Below, in pieces: positions 11,054-20,255 of a stretch of 37,553 bases of DNA; position 1 is the first letter of the stretch, and each line of letters opens with the position of its first letter. Under the pieces are notes generated by a model. The model made no database searches and was not told where the DNA came from. It saw nothing but the letters and a program-made list of their open reading frames with translations. A program made the position numbers and the translations under genes. Source of the DNA: Candidatus Roizmanbacteria bacterium (GTDB taxonomy: Bacteria > Patescibacteriota > Microgenomatia > UBA1406 > GWC2-37-13); assembly GCA_026395475.1 (NCBI GenBank), contig JAPLYQ010000031.1:1-37553 (forward strand), read 5' to 3'.

Positions 11054-12544
11054 ATGAAAAAGGTATTATATGCAGTTCTCTTTTGCATCTTTTGTGCCTT
11101 ATTTATTTACTATCGTATACCCTCCCTTTTAGCACATTATGTTGCATACACATATGATCAAGGAAGAGATTTTATTGCGGGAGCAAATATAGTAAGACTT
11201 CATAAAATTCCCTTTATTGGACCTACCACAGGAATTAACGGATTATTTCATGGATCATGGTGGTATTACCTGCTTGCAATCCCATATATACTTTTTAAAG
11301 GAGCTCCAATTGGGTATTATTGGTTTAATTTTTCAATTCAGTTCAGTCTCCTTATTGTTCTCATGGTTTTCCTCAAAAAAGAATTTGGTTCTCTTACCTC
11401 TCTTTTATTCGGAATATTGATAGTAGTAGCTCCCTATTTCACTTTTATATCTTTATTTGCTGGGAATAATGTGATGGTCTTACCCGCTCTTTTAATATTT
11501 TTAATATGCAATTATTATCTCTTTACTAGTAAAAAGATATCTTTACCCCTTCTTTTCGTCACTGGGTTTTCGTTAGCGCTTGTGGGTGAATTTGAACTTT
11601 CATTTGGTATCTTTCTTGTGCCGCTTTATCTTATTGGGATCCTCATATTCCGTTCCCTTCGAAAAGCACTTATTAATAAAAATGGATTAATGTTCCTCTT
11701 TGGGTTAGTAGTAGGGTTTATGCCTCGTATCCTTTTTGAACTTAAAAATTCATTTACCCAAACAAAAGTACTTTTATCATTCCTATTTCATCCAAAACTT
11801 TATAGTGCGGCAAGCCCATATCTAAGCCGAGTAAGTGAGCGATGGATATTATTTAAAACATATTATTTTGAGATGTTTAGTGAACGTTATTTTGCATATA
11901 TATTCCTTATATCTATTTGCGTAATTGCAGGGTTAACACTCATTGCAGTGTTACAAAAAAGAACCAAAACGCAACCTATTTTTATCTTTTATATCTATTT
12001 ACTTGGGGGATTATTTTTCCTCGCAACATTATATAAAGATTTTTTCTGGAAAAATTATTATGAAGGTATTCATTATATTTTCCTTTTTGTATTCATCTCA
12101 CTCATTGGCCAACAAATACAAAAAAAGCATGTTTTGATAAAGCGCTCGATTCTCTTTAGTTTATTATTTGGATTCTGTGCTCTTGGAATGATTAGTGCGC
12201 GTGAAACATATATGCATAAACCTCCATTTGATGGACTTCAGGTACAAGAGGCAATTGTAAATTATGTTAATAAAAATCAAGATCAACATCAAGAATACTG
12301 TTTGAGAATCTATACACCATCGGTTATTCCGCACACCTATAATTACCTTTTCCTTGTCCGAAACGTGAAACCGTCTAGTGAATGGGTAAATGGCACTTGT
12401 TGGTTTATCGTAGAAGCCGATAGCTATAAACAAAGACGTGATGATTGGTTGACGATAAATGAACCTAAAGATAAACACACTGTTGTTGTGAAGACGATAA
12501 AAGATGTTGAGATCCGTTATTACAAAGTAAATCCCCAAGAATGA
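11054..12544 (+). CDS. GT-C membrane glycosyltransferase (DQGRD type)
   Basis: YDQGRD...IGP.T.I.GLFHG..WYYL motif, polytopic. Start likely 11054 (6 nt after TGcTAGAAT); ORF track gives 11048. Confidence 0.8.
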   Translation: MKKVLYAVLFCIFCALFIYYRIPSLLAHYVAYTYDQGRDFIAGANIVRLHKIPFIGPTTGINGLFHGSWWYYLLAIPYILFKGAPIGYYWFNFSIQFSLLIVLMVFLKKEFGSLTSLLFGILIVVAPYFTFISLFAGNNVMVLPALLIFLICNYYLFTSKKISLPLLFVTGFSLALVGEFELSFGIFLVPLYLIGILIFRSLRKALINKNGLMFLFGLVVGFMPRILFELKNSFTQTKVLLSFLFHPKLYSAASPYLSRVSERWILFKTYYFEMFSERYFAYIFLISICVIAGLTLIAVLQKRTKTQPIFIFYIYLLGGLFFLATLYKDFFWKNYYEGIHYIFLFVFISLIGQQIQKKHVLIKRSILFSLLFGFCALGMISARETYMHKPPFDGLQVQEAIVNYVNKNQDQHQEYCLRIYTPSVIPHTYNYLFLVRNVKPSSEWVNGTCWFIVEADSYKQRRDDWLTINEPKDKHTVVVKTIKDVEIRYYKVNPQE

Positions 12545-14178
12545 AATTATTTAAAAATCCACTTTTCTTACTTTTCCTTATTGTCGTTGTTGCATTCATA
12601 GTGCGAACGATTAATTTAAAAGACAATATCCTTTTTGCTTATGACCAAGCTCGGGACGCTCAACGCGTCTACACTATGATCTATGGGGGTCATTTGAAAA
12701 TTGTGGGACCAGAAACTGACATTCCTGGCATTTTTAACGGACCACTTCTGTACTATGCGTTAGCACCAGTCTATTATTTTTCTCATTTTGATCCCAATGC
12801 GGCTGCACTCCTATTCGTTTTTATAAATGTGGGCACAATCCTTCTTGTATATTGGGCAGCAAAACTATTATTCAATAAAAATTCAATTGCACTCATTGCT
12901 TCACTTTTTTGGGCATTTTCATTTGAACAGGGCTTTTTTGCACGCTATATATCAAACGCTTCTCCTATGTCTACTGCGACAACCATATTCTTTATTGGCC
13001 TTGCATTGTTTTTCTTAAAAAAGAAACAATGGGGACTTCCTTTAAGTGCGATAGGGATCGCCCTCTCAATTCATTGTAATTTTTACTTTATATACCTATT
13101 TCTTTTTTATCCCCTCTTCTTTTTTATCTATAAACAAAAACCTACTGTAAAAACTGTTGTGACAACAATTCTCTTTCTTGGAGCACTACTCTCCCCTTGG
13201 ATCATTACTGAATTAAAATGGAAATTTGTAGGAACACGATCATTATTCTTATACTTTGTTCATCAAGGAACAACCGCTACATCTATTAATCCTCTTTCTT
13301 TTATTCTGTCAATTCTTACTCGTTATTATGATCGAGTTGCACAGGGAATATATTTTTCATTCATACCTAATAAAATTATTGGTTTTTCGAGTGTTGCTAT
13401 TTTATTACTATATCTTGCTTTTAAGAAGCGTTTGCCAGCAGCGCTATTTCTCATTTTCTGGACACTGAACACTCTTCCACTCTTTGCATTTAAATCAGGT
13501 GTACATAGCGTTGAAGTGATTAACGGAAGTATTTTTGTTCCTCTTACATTACTGATTGCATATGGAATTACTGAACTATCAAAAATTAAAATAAGCAGAG
13601 TTCCTGTAATTTCGATTCTTTGTGCAGTTTCCATTATTTTATATGGATTTTTTAATTTTATAGTACATAACTTTCGCACTTATGTCATTCAAACGTCTAT
13701 CCCTTCCCTGTTAGTAAATGAAAAAAAAGTTATTGACTATACGTATACAACTGCTCAAAAAAAGGATTTTGGCATTTGTTCAATATCGGAACCTTTGTTT
13801 ATGAATACCGTGTGGTCATTTCTATACTCAACTTATGGAAAGCAAAAATATGGCTATCTCCCTTATTGGACGGGACAAAAACAAACATTGAATGATAGTT
13901 TCATTCCGTATGCGCATCAAAAATATGCAACTAAATTTATTATCCAAGAACCTATGTTTGGAATCCCTCAATGGGCTCTTCGCTCAGTTTATTATATTGA
14001 AGATAGCCAGAACGTACTCATAAAAAAAAGTACATTTGGAGATTTCGGAGTTCAACAAAGATTTTTTACAAAAGAAAATGGAGGAAATATCGACGCATAT
14101 TCTGAAAGTTTAAAAAACTCAATAAAAGAAGATTTAGATAAGATTCCTCAACTCAGTTGCGATAATATACATGAATAA
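12541..14178 (+). CDS. GT-C membrane glycosyltransferase (DQARD type), tandem paralog
   Basis: YDQARD...VGPET.IPG.FNGP..YY motif; ATGA overlap with the upstream gene. Confidence 0.8.
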   Translation: MKLFKNPLFLLFLIVVVAFIVRTINLKDNILFAYDQARDAQRVYTMIYGGHLKIVGPETDIPGIFNGPLLYYALAPVYYFSHFDPNAAALLFVFINVGTILLVYWAAKLLFNKNSIALIASLFWAFSFEQGFFARYISNASPMSTATTIFFIGLALFFLKKKQWGLPLSAIGIALSIHCNFYFIYLFLFYPLFFFIYKQKPTVKTVVTTILFLGALLSPWIITELKWKFVGTRSLFLYFVHQGTTATSINPLSFILSILTRYYDRVAQGIYFSFIPNKIIGFSSVAILLLYLAFKKRLPAALFLIFWTLNTLPLFAFKSGVHSVEVINGSIFVPLTLLIAYGITELSKIKISRVPVISILCAVSIILYGFFNFIVHNFRTYVIQTSIPSLLVNEKKVIDYTYTTAQKKDFGICSISEPLFMNTVWSFLYSTYGKQKYGYLPYWTGQKQTLNDSFIPYAHQKYATKFIIQEPMFGIPQWALRSVYYIEDSQNVLIKKSTFGDFGVQQRFFTKENGGNIDAYSESLKNSIKEDLDKIPQLSCDNIHE

Positions 14179-14944
14179 TATTTCAGTTTTAATTCAAACC
14201 CACAACGAAGATCGACATATAAGAGAGTGTATTACTTCTGCAAAATTTCTTTCTCAAGAGGTTGTTGTTGTCGATATGGAAAGCACAGATAGAACTGAAG
14301 AAATCGCAAAAGAAAGTGGCGCCCTTGTTATTTCTTTCCCTTTTTCACATTATGTTGAACCCGGGCGCGCCTTTGGCATACAGCAGATTAAAACTGACTG
14401 GGTATTTATTCTTGATGCGGATGAACGTATAACTCCAGAACTTGCAGCAGAAATAAAAAGGATTGTACCTCACACAGAAAACACTTACTTTAAAGTACCA
14501 CGAAAAAACATGTTTGGAGGCGTGAAATGGTTAAGACGCGGCGGCTGGTGGCCGGACGAGCAGATGAGACTTATCAAGCTTTCTGCCTTTGAATCCTGGC
14601 CAACACAAATACACTCAACACCTCTTATAAAAGGTGAGGTGGGGCATTTAAATAACGCATTTTTACATTATTTTCATGGAAATGTGGAAACAATGGTTAA
14701 AAAAACTCTCCTCTTTGAAGATATTGAGTCAAACCTACTTTTTGAGGCTAATAAGCCTGTCACAACTCTCACTTTTTTCAGAAAATTTTATGGAGAACTT
14801 GGAAGAAGGCTATTTCAGAGGGTCGGCTTTTTAGACGGTACTGTTGGTATAATAGAGAGCATATACCAAGCGTATTCCAAAACGATTACTTATCTATTAT
14901 TATATGAGAAGAAAAACCGTCGGCCTATACACCCCCTATCTTGA
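14171..14944 (+). CDS. GT2 glycosyltransferase (beta-1,4-glucosyltransferase-like)
   Basis: ISVLIQTHNE, VVVDMESTDRT, WVFILDADERIT, WWPD.Q.RL and GFLDG motifs. Confidence 0.88.
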   Translation: MNNISVLIQTHNEDRHIRECITSAKFLSQEVVVVDMESTDRTEEIAKESGALVISFPFSHYVEPGRAFGIQQIKTDWVFILDADERITPELAAEIKRIVPHTENTYFKVPRKNMFGGVKWLRRGGWWPDEQMRLIKLSAFESWPTQIHSTPLIKGEVGHLNNAFLHYFHGNVETMVKKTLLFEDIESNLLFEANKPVTTLTFFRKFYGELGRRLFQRVGFLDGTVGIIESIYQAYSKTITYLLLYEKKNRRPIHPLS

Positions 14945-15971
14945 CATCATGGGCGGCGGAGAAAAACATATTCTCTCAATCCTAAAGGTATTTGATGATG
15001 CAGATTACAATACAATTCTTTTTTGGGATACCGATGTTTCTACAGAAATAAAAGAGAAATTAAAACTCACATTCAAGCACTTGCGTTTTGAAAAAGATTT
15101 AAAGAAAATGACTTTTTTTGAAAAGGCTAAAAAACTTGCCCCACTTGATTGGCTTTTGTATGTCACTGATGGAAGTTACTTTTTCTCTCCTGCAAAGAAA
15201 ACCGCTATTTTTTGTATGGTTCCTGACAAAAAACTTTATAATCTTTCTCCAATAAATTCTCTAAAAACGGCAAATGCAATTTTTATTGCAAACTCGCATT
15301 TCACTGCTGGTTGGCTTCATAAATGGGACATTTCCTCTCAAGTAGTGTATCCATATGTTAGTAGCGAATTATTTATATCAGAACCAAGACAAAGAAGCCC
15401 AATTGTTCTCACAGTAGGGAGATTCTTCAAACATCTTCATGCAAAGCGCCAACAAGATCTTATAAAAACATTTTTACGTTTTCACGAACATCATCCTGAA
15501 TATGTGCTCGTTCTTGCCGGAGGTGTGAAAGAAGAAGATTCTCAATACGTGAGAGAGTTAAAAGATGAATTTCCACAGTCCTTTATTCTTTTTAAAACGA
15601 ATATCTCATTTGATACGCTTAAAGATCTCTATAAAAATTCAATGATGTATTGGCATTTTACGGGTTTTGGTGTGGATGCAACGGCCCATCCAGAGCAGGT
15701 TGAGCACCTTGGCATGACGCCACTTGAAGCAATGGCATCTCGTACAGTTCCTTTTTGTTTTAACGCAGGTGGGCCACGAGAATTAATTGAGAATGGGAAG
15801 AATGGATTTCTTTTCAATACTGAAGAAGAACTGTTGCGACAAACATCATATTTTTTAAATACACCAACACTCCAACAAAAGATGGGAGAGACCGTCTATC
15901 GCTTTGCGGAAAAATCATTTCATTATGATGCGTTTACCTTACATGTTAAAAAAATATTTAAAATTAAATAA
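14904..15971 (+). CDS. GT4 (GT-B) glycosyltransferase, ALG11-like motifs
   Basis: YTPYLD..GGGEK, ANS.FT, VGRF...K and EHLGMTPLEAMAS (EX7E) motifs. Confidence 0.88.
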   Translation: MRRKTVGLYTPYLDIMGGGEKHILSILKVFDDADYNTILFWDTDVSTEIKEKLKLTFKHLRFEKDLKKMTFFEKAKKLAPLDWLLYVTDGSYFFSPAKKTAIFCMVPDKKLYNLSPINSLKTANAIFIANSHFTAGWLHKWDISSQVVYPYVSSELFISEPRQRSPIVLTVGRFFKHLHAKRQQDLIKTFLRFHEHHPEYVLVLAGGVKEEDSQYVRELKDEFPQSFILFKTNISFDTLKDLYKNSMMYWHFTGFGVDATAHPEQVEHLGMTPLEAMASRTVPFCFNAGGPRELIENGKNGFLFNTEEELLRQTSYFLNTPTLQQKMGETVYRFAEKSFHYDAFTLHVKKIFKIK

Positions 15972-16876
15972 TGATTTCCGTCGTCATTCCACACTACAAG
16001 GGGAAAGAAAAACTGTATTCAAATTTAAAGCATAATCTTCCTTTTTTTAAAGATTGTGAGATTATTGTTGTTAACGACTATACGGAAGTATCTATTACAG
16101 GGGAAATGAAACAACTTTTTCCTGAAGTTGTGGTTATTGAAAATAAAAAGAATCTTGGATTTGCAGGAGCAGTAGTGGTGGGTATCAATCATTCAAAAAG
16201 TCCTTATGTGTTTCTCCTGAATAACGATGTCGTGCTAAAAGATGATTCATTTAAATCTGCGCTCACACATTTTCAAGGGACACCGAGTCTGTTTGCTGTC
16301 AGCTTTAAACAAATTGAAAAAGACGAAAAGCATGTTGGTAGAAATAAAATATATTGGTCTCATGGATTTTTCCGTCACAGCAAGGGAGATCCTGGAACAC
16401 ATGGTATTAATGGATGGGCAGAGGGAGGAAGTATGGTGTTTGACAAAAAGAAATATGAAGAACTCCATGGATTTGACACGCTTTATTCACCATTTTATTG
16501 GGAAGATATCGATCTCTCCTATCGTGCTTGGAAAGCAGGATATACGATTCATTTTGACTCGCACGTACTCGTGGAGCATCATCATGAATCGACAATCGCA
16601 ACATATTTCCAGAAATCTAAAATTGAGACAATTGCATATCGTAACCAATTTATTACGATTTGGAAAAATATATCTGATTTTCAATATATTGCAGAACATA
16701 TAATGTATCTCATAAAAAACCTTATTACCTATCCTCTGAAAGGTCAGTTAAATTTTGTGAACGGATTTTGGATGGCGCTCCTTCTTCTTCCTCAAATAAT
16801 AAAAAAGAAAAATCAACAAAAAAAATTGTGGAAAAAAAGTGACAAAGAAATATTTGAAAAATTTAACCTATTATGA
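15971..16876 (+). CDS. GT2 glycosyltransferase
   Basis: ISVVIP, IIVVND, NLGFAG, LLNND, GFD..Y.PFYWEDIDLSYRAWKAG motifs. Confidence 0.88.
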   Translation: MISVVIPHYKGKEKLYSNLKHNLPFFKDCEIIVVNDYTEVSITGEMKQLFPEVVVIENKKNLGFAGAVVVGINHSKSPYVFLLNNDVVLKDDSFKSALTHFQGTPSLFAVSFKQIEKDEKHVGRNKIYWSHGFFRHSKGDPGTHGINGWAEGGSMVFDKKKYEELHGFDTLYSPFYWEDIDLSYRAWKAGYTIHFDSHVLVEHHHESTIATYFQKSKIETIAYRNQFITIWKNISDFQYIAEHIMYLIKNLITYPLKGQLNFVNGFWMALLLLPQIIKKKNQQKKLWKKSDKEIFEKFNLL

Positions 16877-18486
16877 ATAAAAAAATTGTCATCTCAACCC
16901 TTCTTGCCATTACAGTCATTTCATTCCTGCTGACAGTAGTAAATTTTCGTATTCCTTCTCCCCCATCTTTTAATGCTGACGAAGCAGCTTTTGGATATAA
17001 CGCTTATTCGCTGTTAAAAACGGGAAAAGATGAATATGGGACATTCCTTCCTTTAAGACTCAAGTCATTTGGAGATTATAAGATGCCTCTCTATAGTTAC
17101 CTTTCCGTCCCTTTTATTGCTGTTATGGGACTTACTGAGACAAGCACAAGAGCTCTCAATGCATTTCTTTCGCTACTTTTTCCTTTAGCTGTGTTTCTCT
17201 TAACAAGAGAGTTGTTTAAGAAAGATCTGTACGGACTTGTTGCCGCGTTTTTTTGTGCAACATCTCTAGGACTACATATCGTCGCACGACACGCACATGA
17301 AGCTTATCTTGCGGCATTTCTGACCACAACTACATTTTATTTTCTTCTGAGATTTTTAAAACGACAATCAAAACTTGCAGGTTTATTTTTTTCTCTGTCA
17401 CTTTTTCTCATGCTCTTTGCCTACCAGACGGGCAGACTATTTGCTGGGTTATTTTTTTGTGCAGCAGTGATATATGCTATTCAACAAAAAAAAGTGAAAA
17501 AATACCTTCCAATATTCCTCATTGTGATAATTATCATTGGGGTTTTCAGTATTAGCGACTTAATCTATAAGCCTGAACGGCTCAAAAGTCTGTTCTTTTT
17601 TTCAAGCCCAGGAGTCCAGCTTACAGTAAACGAATTAAAAACAGAGGGTGGAATTCGTTACCTTTATAATCCTCTTTTTGTTGGAATACGTGAAATGGCA
17701 TTTGAACACTTTAGTTATTTCTCCCCACAATTCCTCCTTCAAAACGGGGATGGAAACGACCGATTTGGATATAAAGGAATGGGGCTAATTACTCCAATTG
17801 AATATATCTTATTCTTTGTCGGAATATATTATTTAGTAAAGAAGAGGGAAGAATGGGGATTTGTTTTGTTATTTATTTTATTTCTAACTCCCCTTTCGGC
17901 ATCACTGTCTTGGTCAACCTCTTCTCTTACCAGATCACTTTTCCTTCTTATACCTATTTCTACACTTGCAGGATATGGTGCAGTAAACTTATTCCATTCT
18001 TTAAAAAAGAATTATTATTCCTATCTAACTATTGGCCTGGTTGTTTGTCTATTTGGATATCTAGCCCTTATGCAGTGGGATTTTTACTTGTTCCACTATC
18101 CAAAACGACTTATTACTATCCATGCATGGCAAGCAGGCTACAAGGAAGTGAATGGATATATAAGAGAGAATTACGATTCAACAAATCACTTTTATATTAC
18201 GAGAGATATTGGACAACCTTATATATTTACCCTCTTCTACCTGCAATATCCCCCAGCAAAATATCAGAAAGAAGCGATTCTTTCCTCACCTGATGAATAT
18301 GGATTTGGACAGGTGGAGAAATTCGATAAATTCATATTCGAATTCAAGAGCCCAAGTAAGCTGCAAAAAAATGACGTAGTTATTGGTTCGCGAGATAACT
18401 TTAGAGAAATTGAAAAACAATATAATCCAATAGTTATAGCTCCACAAGGAGAACCGATGTTTGAGATATATAAAAAATCAAATTAA
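16873..18486 (+). CDS. ArnT/PMT-like GT-C membrane glycosyltransferase
   Basis: NADEAAFGYNAYSLLKTGKDEYG...SFGDYK.PLY motif; clear paralog of 4136..5845. Confidence 0.85.
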   Translation: MNKKIVISTLLAITVISFLLTVVNFRIPSPPSFNADEAAFGYNAYSLLKTGKDEYGTFLPLRLKSFGDYKMPLYSYLSVPFIAVMGLTETSTRALNAFLSLLFPLAVFLLTRELFKKDLYGLVAAFFCATSLGLHIVARHAHEAYLAAFLTTTTFYFLLRFLKRQSKLAGLFFSLSLFLMLFAYQTGRLFAGLFFCAAVIYAIQQKKVKKYLPIFLIVIIIIGVFSISDLIYKPERLKSLFFFSSPGVQLTVNELKTEGGIRYLYNPLFVGIREMAFEHFSYFSPQFLLQNGDGNDRFGYKGMGLITPIEYILFFVGIYYLVKKREEWGFVLLFILFLTPLSASLSWSTSSLTRSLFLLIPISTLAGYGAVNLFHSLKKNYYSYLTIGLVVCLFGYLALMQWDFYLFHYPKRLITIHAWQAGYKEVNGYIRENYDSTNHFYITRDIGQPYIFTLFYLQYPPAKYQKEAILSSPDEYGFGQVEKFDKFIFEFKSPSKLQKNDVVIGSRDNFREIEKQYNPIVIAPQGEPMFEIYKKSN

Positions 18487-19049
18487 AGAAGAATAGGAAG
18501 ACTCAATAAATATAATGCATGCACTAATATTGGTGCAATCGTATTTTTTCTTAGAGAAAAAACTACGGATGTTGTAAGACTGAGTACCGTATTTAATATC
18601 ATCATCTGGATAAGTGTTCCTCCTGAAATTTTATCTGCCCCAAAAAGAACTGGAACATGAAGAAAAAAGAATAATAAAGCTGAGATAGCAAGTGGCTTAA
18701 ATATGGTTTTTGATTCAGCTGAAAGTCGATTAAACACAAATCCTGTCGATAAAATTTGCTCCATACTAAATGCTGTTGCAATAAATAAACTTCCGATTCC
18801 AAGACCAAAAATGATATCCATTGCTTTGTTTGTCTTTGAAAATCCTAACCCTTTAAGGAAAGGTTTTTTCTCCATCATTACAATAAACCAGTACATTGGA
18901 AGAAGAAATACAACAGGTTTTGCGATAAACTCATCAAACCAAATGGGAAGAGCCATTCTGAAAGTTGCTCGATAGAAACTCCATAGGATAAGAACAATAG
19001 CCCATATATTAAGCATCTTCTGTGTAGGGCCTACATCACTTTTTGTCAT
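18483..19049 (-). CDS. CPBP (Abi/CAAX-like) intramembrane protease-family protein, degenerate motifs
   Basis: Hydrophobic; MEQILSTGFVF (EExxxRG position), LFFFLHVP (FxxxH) and APILVHAL (HxxxN position). Confidence 0.65.
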   Translation of the reverse strand: MTKSDVGPTQKMLNIWAIVLILWSFYRATFRMALPIWFDEFIAKPVVFLLPMYWFIVMMEKKPFLKGLGFSKTNKAMDIIFGLGIGSLFIATAFSMEQILSTGFVFNRLSAESKTIFKPLAISALLFFFLHVPVLFGADKISGGTLIQMMILNTVLSLTTSVVFSLRKNTIAPILVHALYLLSLPILL

Positions 19050-19054
19050 ACCTA

Positions 19055-19083
19055 ACTGTACCGTAGAAAAAGGTGAATATCAA
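19055..19083 (-). promoter_or_regulatory. sigma70-type promoter, probably leaderless
   Basis: Minus strand reads TTGATA-17 nt-TACAGT-5 nt-ATG(19049). Confidence 0.6.
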
Positions 19084-19090
19084 CTAGATG

Positions 19091-19224
19091 AAGTCCTAAA
19101 TACTAAACTCTAAATCTTAAACAAATAAAACAAAATCTTAAAATTCTAAATGGATACCAGAGAAGTTTTGTTTTATTTCAAATTTAGGATTTGTTTAGTA
19201 TTTAAAGTTTAGGGTTTAGAGTTT
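19091..19224. repeat. Imperfect inverted repeat built of AAANNYT-like heptamers, with nested inner stem
   Basis: Left arm AAGTCCT-AAATACT-AAACTCT-AAATCTT-AAACAAAT; reverse complement of right arm AAACTCT-AAACCCT-AAACTTT-AAATACT-AAACAAAT. Inner stem AAATAAAACAAAA (19123-35) pairs with TTTTGTTTTATTT (19166-78). Confidence 0.85.
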
Positions 19225-19232
19225 AAGTGAGG

Positions 19233-20246
19233 TTATGCTCTTTTCTTTAAGAAGTTTTCTATCATAAGGTCCAAGTCACCATCAAGTATTTTATCGGTGT
19301 CAAACTCTTCATATCCTGTTCGCAAATCCTTTACCAGTCTATATGGGTGGAGAACATATGAGCGAATTTGGTGACCCCATGATGCCATTTTTTCAGTTTT
19401 AAATCCCTCTATCTCTTTACTTCTCTTTTCTTGTTCAATCTGCCATAATTTTGATCGTAATATTTTCATTGCAGTATCTCTATTCTTTAATTGTTCACGC
19501 TCTGTTTGACATGAAACAATAATGCCTGAGGGTTTATGAATAAGTCTCACTGCTGTTGACACTTTATTTACGTTTTGTCCACCGTGCCCTCCAGCACGAT
19601 AGAATTGCCATTCAATATCTTCAGTTCTCACTTCAATTTCCTTATCTTCAATAACTGGAAGCACTTCAACAAGTGCAAAAGATGTTTGACGAAGTTTATC
19701 TGCATTAAAAGGTGATTGACGGACTAATCTGTGTACACCTGCTTCGGCTTTTAAAAGTCCATATGCAAAACGCCCATGCACAGCTATCGTTACACTTTTT
19801 ATCCCTGCTTCTTCTCCATCAACGCGATCAACCATTTCATATGACCCACCCTTTCGTTCTACAAACCGTGTATACATGCGGAATAGCATTGACGACCAAT
19901 CCATGGCTTCAGTTCCCCCTTGGCCGGCATGAATGGAAAATACAGCATCTCCTCTATCGTATGGTCCTGAAAGAAAAAGAAGGATTTCATACTGTGAGAT
20001 AAGTTTTGAAGCATTAGTAAGATCATCTTCTTCTACGAGTAATTGCATCATTTCAATATCGTCTATCTCTTTTTTTAAAACGGAAATACGTTTTAATGTT
20101 TCTGCAGCTTTTTTTGGGTCTCCCCAAAAATCTCCATCATACGTTAATTTTTCAAGATCAGAAACCTCTGCTTTTTTTGCAGGTAAGTTTGATTTTAAAA
20201 GAATATTGTCTAGTTTACGCTGTAGCTCTTCCTTTTCATTATCCAT
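19233..20246 (-). CDS. prfB: Peptide chain release factor 2
   Basis: [23 protein letters not shown] (SPF tripeptide anticodon), [11 protein letters not shown] and [10 protein letters not shown] motifs; continuous ORF. Confidence 0.97.
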   Translation of the reverse strand: MDNEKEELQRKLDNILLKSNLPAKKAEVSDLEKLTYDGDFWGDPKKAAETLKRISVLKKEIDDIEMMQLLVEEDDLTNASKLISQYEILLFLSGPYDRGDAVFSIHAGQGGTEAMDWSSMLFRMYTRFVERKGGSYEMVDRVDGEEAGIKSVTIAVHGRFAYGLLKAEAGVHRLVRQSPFNADKLRQTSFALVEVLPVIEDKEIEVRTEDIEWQFYRAGGHGGQNVNKVSTAVRLIHKPSGIIVSCQTEREQLKNRDTAMKILRSKLWQIEQEKRSKEIEGFKTEKMASWGHQIRSYVLHPYRLVKDLRTGYEEFDTDKILDGDLDLMIENFLKKRA

Positions 20247-20255
20247 ATTAAGAAG

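Noticed and set aside
16242..16703. 153-aa alternative-frame ORF within the GT2 gene
   Set aside because: Fully nested, no recognisable motif, and the host ORF is intact.
19091..19224. CRISPR array or plant-type telomere repeat (TTTAGGG at 19208-19214)
   Set aside because: No repeat-spacer structure and no cas genes; only one exact TTTAGGG among degenerate heptamers.
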